NCBI GenBank assembly: GCA_050260675.1
Contig: JBLNCN010000004.1
Coordinates: forward strand, 3,211-67,210
Length of the DNA: 64,000 nucleotides
Direction of reading: 5' to 3'
Source: Bacillota bacterium
GTDB taxonomy: Bacteria > Bacillota > Sulfobacillia > Fermentithermobacillales > Fermentithermobacillaceae
Shown here in pieces: positions 41,657-52,057 of the stretch. The notes under the pieces are model-generated. The model did no database searches. It saw only the letters and a program-made list of their open reading frames with translations, and was not told where the DNA came from. Position 1 is the first letter of the stretch; each line of letters starts with the position of its first letter. A program made the position numbers and the translations under genes.

Positions 41657-44293
41657 TTAAGGATTCCTCAAATTGGGCCGTACGTTCACGCGCCTCAGCA
41701 AGTTCGCGTTGGTCACAACACTGATGGAGCTGGTCGCCATGGCGATCTCGGCCATAACCGGATGGAGCAGTCCCAGGATGGCCAGTGGGATCATAACCAG
41801 GTTGTAGAAGAACGCCCAGAACAGGTTCTGCCGTATCTTCTTGAAGGTCGCCCTGGAAAGCTTCACGGCCGTAACCACGCCCGATAGGTCGCCGCGGACC
41901 AGAGTCACGTCCGAGGACTCAATGGCGATATCCGTTCCGGTACCGATCGCGATGCCGACGTCGGCCTGGGTGAGGGCGGGCGCGTCATTAATCCCGTCCC
42001 CAACCATGGCCACAAGGCCATGCCTGCTCTGGAGTTTCTGTATCTCCTCTGCCTTTCCGCCGGGAAGGACCTCGGCAAGCACGTGAGTGATGCCCACCTT
42101 GGCCGCGATGGCGTCGGCGGTACGTTGGTTGTCTCCTGTAATCATGGCGGTATCCAGGCCGAGGTCACGGAGCTCCCTTATGGCCGCAATGGAATCTTCC
42201 TTGAGGGGGTCCGCAACAGCCACGATGCCCGCTACCTTGCCGTCCTCGGCGACAATGACCGCGGTCTTGGCCTCCCCCTCCAAACGCCTCAGATCGCCTT
42301 CGAGAGCGTCAAGGTCGGGCCGGGCGACGCCGCCCTCGCCCATCAGCTTCCGGCTGCCAACCAGAACTCGCTTGCCCTCTAGGAGCGCTCTGACTCCTTT
42401 TCCCGGTATAGCCTCGAAGTCGTCTATGCCGTGCAGAGAGAGCCCCCTCTCCTTTGCCCCCTGGACAATAGCCGCGCCGAGCGGGTGCTCGGATCCGGCT
42501 TCGACGGACGCTGCCAGGACAAGCACACGCTCTTCTGTGAACCCGCCCCGGGGCACAACGTCCGTCACCTCGGGCTTTCCTTTGGTGATCGTCCCGGTCT
42601 TGTCGAAGACCACTACCTTAACGTCCCGCATGGTCTGAATAGCGGCGCCGTGCCTCACCAGCACGCCGTTCTCCGCTCCCATCCCGCTCCCTACCATGAG
42701 CGCCGTAGGCGTTGCGAGCCCGAGGGCACACGGACATGCGATGACCAGAACCGCTATGGTTGCCGAAAGCGCGAGGGTCACGGTGCCCAGAGTGGGGTCC
42801 ACCCACGGCAGGTACGCTGCTGCCGCGGAGATTACGGCCTGCATGGCATTGGGGGCCAGAAGCCATAGAAGGAGGGTTCCAGTGGCGATGGCGAGGACCG
42901 AAGGGACGAACACGGAGGTGATCTTGTCGGCGAACGCCTGGATCGGCACTTTCGTGCCCTGCGCCTCTTCCACCAGTTTGATGACCTGAGCGAGGAACGT
43001 ATCCCTGCCGACCTTAGTGGCTTTTACCTTGATGAGACCGTTTTGGTTCACGGTAGCGCCGATGACCTGGTCGCCGACCTCTTTTTTGACAGGCATGGAC
43101 TCTCCGGTCGCCATGGATTCGTCCACGCTGGTACGGCCGTCGATCACTTCGCCGTCTGTCGGTATCTTCTCGCCGGGACGGATCACTATCACGTCGCCCG
43201 GCTTCAAGTCTTCAATCGAAACCTCCCGCTCCTCGCCGCCAACCAATATGCGGGCAGTCTTGGCCCCCAGTTGAATGAGTTTGCGGATCGCCTGGGAAGC
43301 GCGCCCCTTGGCCGTTTCCTCGATGTACCTCCCGGTCAGATGGAAAGCCATGATCATCGCAGATACACCCGCGTAATCGGCTATGGGGGCGAAGAAACTG
43401 ACCGGCCCTGTGATAAAAGCAACGCCGGTGCCCATGGCTATGAGGACGTCCATATTGGCGCTACCGTGAGTGACCGCCCTGTAGGCGGTGCTGAACGTGC
43501 GGCGCCCGAACACGAACAACGGAGGGATCGCCAGCACGATCATGCCGGCATGCATGACCATCATGTTAGGCCAGGAGATCCCGAAGAACATCTCGGGGAT
43601 CATCCAGAGGATGATGGGCAGCGTGAATGCCCACGCGCCCCACATGCGGGAGCGAGCGCCGCGGACCTTACGTTCGTCCTCGTCGACTTCTGGAGCGGCC
43701 GCCATGCCAACGGCACTGCCTGCTGCTGCCCCTGCGGCAGCCCCAATCGGACCTCCAACGGCAGCTCCGATAGCCGCTCCGGCCGCCGCGCCTTTCAGGG
43801 CGACCGGCGCTTCTTCGCCCTCCATGCCCTCCAGGTCGTAGCCGGAATTGTGGACAATCTTCTCGAGTTTCCCGCGGTCTATCAGCGCAGGGTCGAACTC
43901 GACGACGGCCTTTTCGGTGGCGATGTTCACGCTGGCCGAGTGGATCCCTTGAGCTTTTCGGAGGGCCTTCTCAACCGTGGCCGCGCAACTGGCACAGGTC
44001 ATACCACCGATGCTAAGGGTTGCCTTGCGCCTTTGCTCCTTCAGTTTTCCCTCCTTCGCCTTGTCCTCCTTCACATCGTATCCCGCATTCCGGACCACCT
44101 GAGCCAGCCCCTGCCTGTCAGTCTTCTCCGGATCGTACTCTACGTAAGCCTTCTCGACGGCGAAGTTGACCGTCGCGCTGCTCACGCCATGAGCCTTCTT
44201 AAGCGCGTTCTCGATTGCCTGGGCGCAGGCTGCGCAGCTCATGCCCTCCAGTTCGAGAACCGCTTTCTCTTCCTTGACCGCAACGTTAGGCAT
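41657..44293 (-). CDS. copA: Cu(I)-translocating P1B-type ATPase
   Basis: Two GMxCxxC metal-binding domains, TGES, CPC, DKTGT, SEHP, GDGIND, YN and MATSS. Confidence 0.95.
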   Translation of the reverse strand: MPNVAVKEEKAVLELEGMSCAACAQAIENALKKAHGVSSATVNFAVEKAYVEYDPEKTDRQGLAQVVRNAGYDVKEDKAKEGKLKEQRRKATLSIGGMTCASCAATVEKALRKAQGIHSASVNIATEKAVVEFDPALIDRGKLEKIVHNSGYDLEGMEGEEAPVALKGAAAGAAIGAAVGGPIGAAAGAAAGSAVGMAAAPEVDEDERKVRGARSRMWGAWAFTLPIILWMIPEMFFGISWPNMMVMHAGMIVLAIPPLFVFGRRTFSTAYRAVTHGSANMDVLIAMGTGVAFITGPVSFFAPIADYAGVSAMIMAFHLTGRYIEETAKGRASQAIRKLIQLGAKTARILVGGEEREVSIEDLKPGDVIVIRPGEKIPTDGEVIDGRTSVDESMATGESMPVKKEVGDQVIGATVNQNGLIKVKATKVGRDTFLAQVIKLVEEAQGTKVPIQAFADKITSVFVPSVLAIATGTLLLWLLAPNAMQAVISAAAAYLPWVDPTLGTVTLALSATIAVLVIACPCALGLATPTALMVGSGMGAENGVLVRHGAAIQTMRDVKVVVFDKTGTITKGKPEVTDVVPRGGFTEERVLVLAASVEAGSEHPLGAAIVQGAKERGLSLHGIDDFEAIPGKGVRALLEGKRVLVGSRKLMGEGGVARPDLDALEGDLRRLEGEAKTAVIVAEDGKVAGIVAVADPLKEDSIAAIRELRDLGLDTAMITGDNQRTADAIAAKVGITHVLAEVLPGGKAEEIQKLQSRHGLVAMVGDGINDAPALTQADVGIAIGTGTDIAIESSDVTLVRGDLSGVVTAVKLSRATFKKIRQNLFWAFFYNLVMIPLAILGLLHPVMAEIAMATSSISVVTNANLLRRVNVRPNLRNP

Positions 44294-44430
44294 GTCCTCG
44301 ACCTCCACGTGTAGGCCTCCCCTCGATCGGCGGGAGGTATGTAGCCGCTTCTCCGGGTTTCCTGCCATCTACATTGTCTCCCTCTCTAACTCGTCGGTGG
44401 ATGTAAACTCGTCCTACTACGTTATATACT

Positions 44431-44445
44431 ACTACACAGTGTAGC
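44431..44445. promoter_or_regulatory. TACA-N3-TGTA palindrome upstream of copA (CopY/BlaI-type box candidate)
   Basis: CTACACAGTGTAG next to minus-strand TATAAC; spacer is one base longer than the canonical cop box. Confidence 0.45.
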
Positions 44446-44566
44446 ACACCCGGTCTATGGTTGTTGCGAGAGAAGTTCGTCCAGAGGCGTAAAAACACCG
44501 GGATGAGACAGCCGAGGCTTCGTTGCCGCGCGGCGGAGTTCCGCTCTAAGAAGCAACGCCTCCGGT

Positions 44567-45544
44567 CTAGCCAAGCAGAGACTTCAGCCGCAGGGAGGCC
44601 TGGTAGACCTCGTTTCGTGAAGCGCCGGTCTCTACGGTCACCAGCAGGGTGGCTTCCTTAAGGGTACAGCCCCGCTCCACCATGGCTTTGACTAGCAGGG
44701 CTTCCAGAGGGATGTTAGTCGGGGACTCAGCGCCCCGAGAGTCCCTGGTTGAGGTGGCTCCCGGGGCTTCCCCGCCGACGTTCGCACGCAAGGCCGGTGA
44801 GCCGTCGTCTTGCCCGAGATGCACCACCACGGTGTATTCCCCGCGCTCGGCGTTGGGATCTGCCTCCAGAGCAGCCACCACCTCGGATATGGGCCCGTAG
44901 TAGGATCTCTCGTGAACCTTTGTCAGTTCACAGCAGAAAGAGACCTTCGCATCCGGCATCTCCCGCAAAAGTGCGTCTGCCAGCGCCTTTATTCGCTTGG
45001 GAGACTCGTAGACTACAAAGGTGGATATCCCCTGCTCCCGTACCCTGCGCAAGGCTGCGCGCAGGTCGCGGGCTGTTCTCGGCAAAAACCCGAGGAAGGT
45101 GAACTCCCTGGAGGGCAAGCCTGACACCGATACCGCAGTGGCGATGGCGGAGGGCCCGCTGACCCCAAATACCGGTATCCCGGCTTCCCGCGCGGCCCTG
45201 ACGATCTCGACGCCAGGGTCCGATATGCACGGCGTCCCTGCATCGCTCACTATGGCCACGGAGATCCCCTCTGCCAGGATCCGCTCTATGACCTCGCTCG
45301 CCCGACCCTTCTCGTTGAACTTGTGGAAAGAGAGCATTGGGACCTCAATGCCGAAATGCTGGAGGAGCCCCTTGGTGTGGCGAGTGTCCTCGGCCAGGAC
45401 CAGGCGGACGGACCTCAGGGTTTCCAGGGCCCGAGGTGAAATGTCGGATAGGTTGCCGATAGGGGTGGCAACCACGTAGAGGCTGCCGGGCTCAACAGCT
45501 GATGGGTGCCGGGGCTGCCCTGATTTTGTCCCTTCATGCGTCAC
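44567..45544 (-). CDS. rsmI: 16S rRNA (cytidine1402-2'-O)-methyltransferase
   Basis: LYVVATPIGNL, AEDTRHT, SDAGTPCISDPG, YESP, ELTKVHE. Confidence 0.95.
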   Translation of the reverse strand: MTHEGTKSGQPRHPSAVEPGSLYVVATPIGNLSDISPRALETLRSVRLVLAEDTRHTKGLLQHFGIEVPMLSFHKFNEKGRASEVIERILAEGISVAIVSDAGTPCISDPGVEIVRAAREAGIPVFGVSGPSAIATAVSVSGLPSREFTFLGFLPRTARDLRAALRRVREQGISTFVVYESPKRIKALADALLREMPDAKVSFCCELTKVHERSYYGPISEVVAALEADPNAERGEYTVVVHLGQDDGSPALRANVGGEAPGATSTRDSRGAESPTNIPLEALLVKAMVERGCTLKEATLLVTVETGASRNEVYQASLRLKSLLG

Positions 45545-45576
45545 CGGGCTGCCCTCCCCTGTCCGTCCTCAGAACC

Positions 45577-45819
45577 TCACTTATTAGTCTCCCCGGGAAG
45601 CGCTTGGAACTCCTGGGATATCAGGATGACATCCTGCAAGGTCTCGTTGATCTGAGGGTTCCGGAAGAACCCAACGATCTTCGCGGCTCGATCTTTCGCC
45701 GCTCCGATGTCGCCGAACATGCCTTTTACCTCGGCGTACTCCAGTTCCAATGCGGCAGCCAGCCTGTGGAGAGCTTGTTCGTATTGTGCGCATAGTGTAG
45801 CACGGTCAAGTTTGTGCAT
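45577..45819 (-). CDS. Small helical hypothetical protein, paralog of 41317-41562
   Basis: GAGAGG RBS; sigmaH-like GCAGGATCC-N12-GTAGAAAG upstream. Confidence 0.75.
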   Translation of the reverse strand: MHKLDRATLCAQYEQALHRLAAALELEYAEVKGMFGDIGAAKDRAAKIVGFFRNPQINETLQDVILISQEFQALPGETNK

Positions 45820-45951
45820 CGTGACCTCTCCGCTTCTAGCGCGCGCCCAGCCGTTCTATGTCTGACTATCGGCTTTCTACAAGGCGTCTCGGGGATCCTG
45901 CATATGACGTAGCGCCTTTGGGCCGCGGGCTCCCGGCGACCGCCATGCTCT

Positions 45952-46341
45952 TCACTTCAGCGCATCCTCGATGGCAAGCAGGATCGCGTAACTGCTCATC
46001 GTGGCTCCGCTGACAGCATCAACCTTGATTGACTGAGCTGCGAGGACCTTCCCGATGACCCCTTCACCGGCAGCACCTTGCCCGTTTCTATGCCTTACCA
46101 AATTCACGCTCGTGATCACGTGGTTCTTTACCGTCACATCGACGTCGACGATGACCGGTCCAGTGTCGTAGTGGCCGGAGTAGGTCCCATCCTCCACCCT
46201 GCCTAGATCTACATCCACTTTGCCTATGCGGTTCATGGCATCAGCCTGGTATCGCTTGAGCTTCGCAAGGATGGGCACCATAAAAACGGCCACAGCCAGG
46301 ACAACCAACCCCAGGACAATGAATAAGGGACGGACTCTCAT
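45952..46341 (-). CDS. FMN-binding domain membrane-anchored protein
   Basis: DGTYSG, QS..VDAVSGATMSS flavinylation motif, N-terminal TM. Confidence 0.9.
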   Translation of the reverse strand: MRVRPLFIVLGLVVLAVAVFMVPILAKLKRYQADAMNRIGKVDVDLGRVEDGTYSGHYDTGPVIVDVDVTVKNHVITSVNLVRHRNGQGAAGEGVIGKVLAAQSIKVDAVSGATMSSYAILLAIEDALK

Positions 46342-46488
46342 GAGATTTCCTCCTAACCGCTCGTCACAAAGTTGGGGACGACTAGTCCTACACCTTCTAG
46401 CCTCCGGCCGTCAAGGGCAGGCGTCACAAGAAACTAGTTTACATAACACGCATATTATGGGTGGAGCCATGCTTTAGGAGGTGACACA

Positions 46489-46776
46489 ATGAGCGAGAAA
46501 CAGCCCGAGGCGATGCAGGGGTTCCCGCAGTGGCCGGGGCAGCAACCCGAGGCCTACCAGTTCTTTTTCCCGTCTCCCTTCTTCCTCCCGTTCCCGTTCC
46601 TGTTCAGGGTCCCGCCCAGATTCTTCATCGGTTTCCTGCCGAGACGGCGGCGGCGCCGGTTTGACGTGGAGGGACAGGATGAAGCGATGGGTTGGTGCAT
46701 CAGATGCATCGCTGAGAACGAGTACGCCTACATGAGAGGAATGGGTTTTCCGGAGGTTGAGATCGAGGCGGAGTAA
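46489..46776 (+). CDS. Small Phe/Pro/Arg-rich protein (spore-coat-like)
   Basis: AGGAGG RBS; QFFFPSPFFLPFPFLF and RRRRRR; CATATTAT upstream resembles a mother-cell sigma -10. Confidence 0.65.
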   Translation: MSEKQPEAMQGFPQWPGQQPEAYQFFFPSPFFLPFPFLFRVPPRFFIGFLPRRRRRRFDVEGQDEAMGWCIRCIAENEYAYMRGMGFPEVEIEAE

Positions 46777-46798
46777 ACCGGGCAGCGGCCCCAACATG

Positions 46799-46835
46799 AA
46801 GCCCCTGGTCGCCGAATTGGGCGTCAGGGGCTTTG
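46799..46835. terminator. Bidirectional terminator
   Basis: AAGCCCCTG...CAGGGGCTT between convergent genes. Confidence 0.65.
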
Positions 46836-46877
46836 TGGGTGTCGCCGGAGGCTGCTCCCGGTTCTATCGATTCAGCC

Positions 46878-47477
46878 CTATTCGATCAGGCTGAGCCAGT
46901 CCTTGAGCAGGAACTGGAACCGGCCGATTAGGAGGGAGAGCCTGCCCATGGCAGCGTTTCCGAATGAGGCGCCGAAGGTGACCATCATGGTCCACCGCCC
47001 GACCGCGGGAAGCCAGGAAACAGCTTTAGGCTGCTTGTACACAAAGAAGAAATACCAGATGGTGCTAATCACACCCAAGCCAAAGAGCACGTTGCTCACT
47101 GTGTTCAACGGAAGAAACGTGGCTTTGATCTGGTCCAGGAACTGCGCCTGGACGGCTCCCTTGATGCCAAGCCCAGCGCCGACCCCGGTAAGGAGCGCGA
47201 TCGGGATCCTGCTGAGCCACGCTGCCTTATTCCAGTATCTCGTGTAGAGGGCACATCCAAGGAGGACCGGCACTATCAGCAGGCCTTTGCCACCCTGGAT
47301 CGGAGGAGTTACGGCGGTGGTCTTTACATTGTTGATGCCCAGCACCAAAGCATGACCGGCGCTCATGCCGATGAACAGGTGCTCGAAGAACCTGTAGTAG
47401 AAGTTCTCTTTGATGAGAAGGCTCATCATGGCCAGCGTACCCAGAGCAGCCAACCAGATTCCGACCGTCGCGCTCAC
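46878..47477 (-). CDS. Membrane protein, gene 4 of the DUF6754 operon
   Basis: KENFYYRFFEHLFIG, GRWTMMVTFGASFG; GTG overlaps the upstream TGA. Confidence 0.8.
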   Translation of the reverse strand: MSATVGIWLAALGTLAMMSLLIKENFYYRFFEHLFIGMSAGHALVLGINNVKTTAVTPPIQGGKGLLIVPVLLGCALYTRYWNKAAWLSRIPIALLTGVGAGLGIKGAVQAQFLDQIKATFLPLNTVSNVLFGLGVISTIWYFFFVYKQPKAVSWLPAVGRWTMMVTFGASFGNAAMGRLSLLIGRFQFLLKDWLSLIE

Positions 47478-48319
47478 TTTTTCGCGCCCCCCTTCGCCTT
47501 CCGCGTAGCGTACAGCGCCAAGTTTCCGAGCGTTATGAAGCCGATGATGACCAGATGCGAAATGGACTGCGCATCCATCCCCGCCACCGCGCTCCCCGGC
47601 TTCTCCACTAGTTTCTCGTACTCGGCGCCCGAACGGAGGCCGGACAGAAGCCCATCGATCTGCTTCGCCTGCAAGTAGGGCATATTGGCGGGACTCATGA
47701 CGGTCACCACGTAAAGAATGAGAGGTACGGCGTACTCGGTCCGCACGACCCTGACCCACGCGGCGGTGTTGGCTCCGTCAACCGGTCCTATGTTGAAGGA
47801 GATGGCGAGGTCGAAGTCCTTGATGGTCTTGATCGAGGACATCAGCGACAGGCTTCCGATTCCGGCGCCCGCAAAGTCGGTCTTGAGGACCTGCCCTACA
47901 TCCCTGCACAGAGCCGAGAGGCCACTCTCGCCTCCACTGACGAACCCGAGGTTCACGTAGTCCGTCCCGTACGCCTTGCCCCTGTTTTCATACACTTTCA
48001 GCGTCTGTTCCGCGAACATGGGACCCTCGGTCGTCGACGCGATCGCCACGACCCTGGCGTTCTTCTGCGCCAAGTGGTGGAGGATCGCCTTAACCCCCGC
48101 TTCCAGCTCTGCTACGCCTCCGGACGAATAGTCGTATCCCAAGAGGACGTTGGCGCCTTCCGGCAAGCGGTCTATCCGGTCGAACACCTGACGGGATTCG
48201 ACGCTGATCCCCAGCGGGAGGCCAAGGGGGCTCAGTAGCGGCACCACGATGGATATGGCCAATAGCAGGTAGACCAACCTCGAATCCAATCGCTCCAGAC
48301 TCCCAAGCACTGCGCTCAC
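47474..48319 (-). CDS. Membrane-anchored protein with a large soluble domain, gene 3 of the DUF6754 operon
   Basis: N- and C-terminal TM; YDY....AEL, GTDYVNLGF, GLRSGAEYE, MDAQSISH. Confidence 0.8.
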   Translation of the reverse strand: MSAVLGSLERLDSRLVYLLLAISIVVPLLSPLGLPLGISVESRQVFDRIDRLPEGANVLLGYDYSSGGVAELEAGVKAILHHLAQKNARVVAIASTTEGPMFAEQTLKVYENRGKAYGTDYVNLGFVSGGESGLSALCRDVGQVLKTDFAGAGIGSLSLMSSIKTIKDFDLAISFNIGPVDGANTAAWVRVVRTEYAVPLILYVVTVMSPANMPYLQAKQIDGLLSGLRSGAEYEKLVEKPGSAVAGMDAQSISHLVIIGFITLGNLALYATRKAKGGAKK

Positions 48320-48324
48320 CTCCC

Positions 48325-48933
48325 CTAAGCCCCGTGGGCTCTTTCGAGACCCAGGAGCATGCGCAAGGAGATCGATATATAGCCGAGAGCGCTGCAGATC
48401 ATCACTCCACGCTGTCCGGCGGTGTTGATGACATTCATAATCCAGTTGGCGATGCCAGGCAGCCTAGGTGAGATTACCTCCCCGATGGGCACGCGGCCCA
48501 GCATGAGGATGACCGCCGATACGAGAAGGATCGCGGCCTCCAGGTTCCGCGCGCGAAACGCCCGGAATGAGGCTGAGGCCAGGTAGAAGGCGAGCATGGA
48601 ATACATTGTTGTACCACAGGCAACCACCACGTTGTTGAACAGGAAGGTGTATGTCTTTGAGGTCGTCCCGCCGAATAGCCCGATCGCCACGATGAGGACA
48701 AAACCGGCTATGAGAACGCTGCTGAATATCCCTTGGCGACCCTTACGGACGTTGGAGGAATGCACCCTGATGAGGTTGATACCGCCCAGACCCAGGGCAA
48801 ACGCCGAGACGATGACCGCCCAAGACCTGATCTCCTGTGCTGTAGTCTTGAACACGGGTACCGTAAGGTAGTAGTCCAGGAGCATTAGGACCCCGCAGGC
48901 AAAGGCGACAACGGTCCAGAACTGCTTCCGCAT
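48325..48933 (-). CDS. Membrane protein, gene 2 of the DUF6754 operon
   Basis: SMLAFYLASASFRAFRARNLEA, AGQRG, LLGLER; about 5-6 TM. Confidence 0.8.
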   Translation of the reverse strand: MRKQFWTVVAFACGVLMLLDYYLTVPVFKTTAQEIRSWAVIVSAFALGLGGINLIRVHSSNVRKGRQGIFSSVLIAGFVLIVAIGLFGGTTSKTYTFLFNNVVVACGTTMYSMLAFYLASASFRAFRARNLEAAILLVSAVILMLGRVPIGEVISPRLPGIANWIMNVINTAGQRGVMICSALGYISISLRMLLGLERAHGA

Positions 48934-48947
48934 AACCTCTCACCTCC

Positions 48948-49724
48948 CTATAGCTTCAAGAGATCTTCAAGCCAAGCCGACCCGAACGAGGCGGAGATGA
49001 TCCCGAGGAGGATGAGCCCTACCCCGACAGCTTTGCCAAAGTCCTGACCCGCGAGGCTGCCCAGTTGGACCGCGTCCTTAGTCAGATAGGCTCCAACGGC
49101 GAACATCTCCTCACCGATCAGCGTGTAGTCGCACGCGGCAACAAAGAAGGGAAGCTGATACATGTTGGTCGTGCCGGCGATCTGGGCCGCACCCGCTTGA
49201 AAGGAGGCTTCGGCTAGCAGCATGGTCTCGGCAGCGAAGCCGCCGATGAGTATGTTGGCAGAGACGTTCTCCCGGACGACGATACCCACAATTCCCGCAG
49301 CGTAGGCCCACTGGTCTGTGGAGAGGTATCTCATGTCAGTCTCCCTGAACTTATCGCCCTTGCCCTCCTCAACGTAGGACTGGCGCGCCGTCTCGACCGT
49401 GGCGACAAATACGTCGGGCTGGCATGCAGTGGCGATTAGCCTCGCGTCGTACCTGGCGCATAGGCGCGCTACGTGTGAGAGGACTTGAAGCCCGGCAAAC
49501 GTTTCAGGCGCGGTGCTCCCCGTAAGGGAGCCGACTCCGGTGGACACGTGGACCGGTCTGCCCATCTCAGTGGCGCGACCGACCATCTCTTCAATGGCCC
49601 TTACCCCGGGCATGTCCCTGATGCGGATCACTTTCCCCGTGAGCGCTGCGCGGATGTACCAAAGAGTCACACCGGAGACAGCCGCCATTGTTACCAGCGC
49701 GAAGATCCGACCGGGTTCAAGCAT
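48948..49724 (-). CDS. DUF6754-like membrane protein
   Basis: AIEEMVGRATEMGRPV, FAAETM, CDYTLIGEEMFAVGAYL, GQDFGK; GGAGG RBS. Confidence 0.75.
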   Translation of the reverse strand: MLEPGRIFALVTMAAVSGVTLWYIRAALTGKVIRIRDMPGVRAIEEMVGRATEMGRPVHVSTGVGSLTGSTAPETFAGLQVLSHVARLCARYDARLIATACQPDVFVATVETARQSYVEEGKGDKFRETDMRYLSTDQWAYAAGIVGIVVRENVSANILIGGFAAETMLLAEASFQAGAAQIAGTTNMYQLPFFVAACDYTLIGEEMFAVGAYLTKDAVQLGSLAGQDFGKAVGVGLILLGIISASFGSAWLEDLLKL

Positions 49725-49925
49725 ATATGTCCCTCCCCCATGTATTGGCATGTATTCCAGAGTTCGCCAGGACTTGTCCAGCTTCCTCCTAGGTATTACC
49801 GAATCCGGGGGCAGCGGTTCGGGTACTTCGAAACAGTGAAGGACCACGGTGGCTACCGTGGTCGCAAGGTCATCTCAAGGTCATCCAAATGAAGGTGCTG
49901 GTCCGGGTAGAGCGTAGGCGCCTAG

Positions 49926-50369
49926 TCAACCATTTCGCTGTTCGAGGTACCCCTTCAGGCTCTTCCTTAGGAGATAATCCCACCCGGCTTGGCAGCTCTC
50001 ACGAGTAAAAGCAGGATTGTCCTGGGGGAATGTCTCAATCCCCTCGCAGGTGAAGTGCAGGCGAGTCCCGCCCGGCGCCTCCGACAGCTCCCACGTGACA
50101 AGGCCGCGTCCAGGATAATTCTTGTAGCGCCAATCGTAGGCGATCAGCCTTCCGGGCACCACGCTGGTCACTTTCCATTGATGTACGTAGTAATGGCCAT
50201 CGAAACTCACCGTGAACTCGGTTTCAAAGCCGACGTCAGGCCGGAAGTCGATCATCTGCTCGAAGTACCACCGGCGCATCTGGTCCTTGTCGGTAATGGC
50301 CTGCCAGACCGCAGAGACTGGAGCGTTGTAGGTCTCTACGACCACGATCGGTTCGGGGCTTTGGCTCAT
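49926..50369 (-). CDS. SRPBCC/AHSA1-domain protein
   Basis: APVSAVWQAITD..MRRWY, VTWEL, GWDY. Confidence 0.88.
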   Translation of the reverse strand: MSQSPEPIVVVETYNAPVSAVWQAITDKDQMRRWYFEQMIDFRPDVGFETEFTVSFDGHYYVHQWKVTSVVPGRLIAYDWRYKNYPGRGLVTWELSEAPGGTRLHFTCEGIETFPQDNPAFTRESCQAGWDYLLRKSLKGYLEQRNG

Positions 50370-50380
50370 GTCGTTCCCCC

Positions 50381-51862
50381 CTATGATTCGTACACACCCG
50401 TCGGCCTCTCGGTCAGGCTTATGACGATGTTCTTGACCTGAGTATGGTGGTCGAGCACCATCTTGTGGTTCTCCCTGCCGATGCCCGACTTCTTGTAGCC
50501 ACCAAATGGGGCGTGAAGCGGGTTCACCTCGTAGGTGTTGATCCACATACGCCCTGCCCTGACGCTGCGCGCAACCCGCATGGCCCGGTTAATGTCCCGC
50601 GTCCAGACGCCGCCGGCCAAGCCGTACTCGCTGTCGTTGGCGATCCTGATGGCTTCCTCTTCAGTCTTGAACGGTATTATGGACAGGACGGGGCCGAAGA
50701 TCTCCTCCTGAGCGATCCTCATGCTGTTCTTCACGTGACCGAAAGCAGTTGGACGGATGAAGAACCCCTTGTCCAGGCCGTTATCGGTTATCCTGCTGCC
50801 GCCGCAGAGAAGCTGGGCGCCTTCCTGCTTGCCAACATCTATGTACCCAAGGACCTTCTTCATCTGAGAAGCGCTGATGACGGGGCCCATCTGGGTCTCC
50901 TTCTCCCAAGGCATGCCAACCCGCACTCTGTTGAACAGCTTCACGATGTCATCCACGAAGCGGTCGTAGATGGTGTCCTGAACCAGAGCACGTGAGCCGG
51001 CTGAGCAGTTCTGCCCCTGACTGCCGAGGATGCCCACCGCCGCACGCTCGATGGCCTTATCCCAATCGCAGTCGTCAAAGAGGATGTTGGCCGACTTGCC
51101 GCCCAACTCCAGCGTGGAAGGGATAAGCTTGTCCGCTGCAGCCTTGGCGACCGAGTACCCGACTTCAGTGGACCCGGTGAAAGCCAGTTTCATGATTCTC
51201 GGATGGTCAAGCAAGGACTGGCCTGCTGTCGACCCGCGACCGGTGATTATGTTAACCACGCCTGGCGGCAGGACTTCAGAGATGATCTTGCCGAGCTCCA
51301 GGAGGCTGAGCGACGTCTCCGAGGACGGCTTGATGACAACGGTGTTCCCCGCCCCGATCGCAGGCGCTATCTTCCATGCAGCCATAGGCAGCGGGTAGTT
51401 CCAGGGGACGATCTGCCCTACGACCCCGAACGGTTCACGGAAGATGAGGTTCATGGTGTCGTTGTCAAGGTACGAGGCTTCTCCCTCTTGCGCGCGGATC
51501 ACGGAGGCGAAGTAGCGGAACATGTCCACTACCCGGGGCATGTCGCTGTTCAGAGTCTCGCGGATGGGCTTACCGCTGTCCATGGTCTCGATCATGGCGA
51601 GGCGGGGTATGTTCCTCTCAACCAGGTCGGCTATCTTGAGCATGAGCCGGGACCGGTGCGGAATGCTGGTGTCCTTCCACGACTCGAAGGCAGTCCAGGC
51701 CGCCTTTACGGCCAGGTCGACGTCCTCGGCGCCTGCGTCAACGCACTCTGACAGGAGTTCTCCGTTGGCGGGGCAAGTCGTCTTGAATGTCTGGCCCGAC
51801 ACCCCGTCTACCCAATTTCCGCCGATAAGCAGTTGGTAGCGTGCTGAGATATCTGCTTGCAC
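50381..51862 (-). CDS. Aldehyde dehydrogenase
   Basis: PWNYP, FTGST, LELGGKS, GQNCSAG, EEIFGPV, PFGGYKKSG. Confidence 0.95.
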   Translation of the reverse strand: MQADISARYQLLIGGNWVDGVSGQTFKTTCPANGELLSECVDAGAEDVDLAVKAAWTAFESWKDTSIPHRSRLMLKIADLVERNIPRLAMIETMDSGKPIRETLNSDMPRVVDMFRYFASVIRAQEGEASYLDNDTMNLIFREPFGVVGQIVPWNYPLPMAAWKIAPAIGAGNTVVIKPSSETSLSLLELGKIISEVLPPGVVNIITGRGSTAGQSLLDHPRIMKLAFTGSTEVGYSVAKAAADKLIPSTLELGGKSANILFDDCDWDKAIERAAVGILGSQGQNCSAGSRALVQDTIYDRFVDDIVKLFNRVRVGMPWEKETQMGPVISASQMKKVLGYIDVGKQEGAQLLCGGSRITDNGLDKGFFIRPTAFGHVKNSMRIAQEEIFGPVLSIIPFKTEEEAIRIANDSEYGLAGGVWTRDINRAMRVARSVRAGRMWINTYEVNPLHAPFGGYKKSGIGRENHKMVLDHHTQVKNIVISLTERPTGVYES

Positions 51863-52057
51863 AGAGGGTTCCCCTTTCGCTTCGAAGAAGGATGGCAGAG
51901 GATTCGTGAGTGAAGACAAGCCTTCCTCTATGGCTCTCGTTTTGCCGAGTCTGAATCTGCCATTCTGGGCCCGCCGACCAAGTATTCCCATAACAATGGC
52001 TAGACCCACACTACCCTCCTCAAGGACGCCGACAGGGCTCGTGCGCTCTGGAGTCCC

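Noticed and set aside
43043-44314. 423-aa plus-strand ORF
   Set aside because: Antisense shadow of copA.
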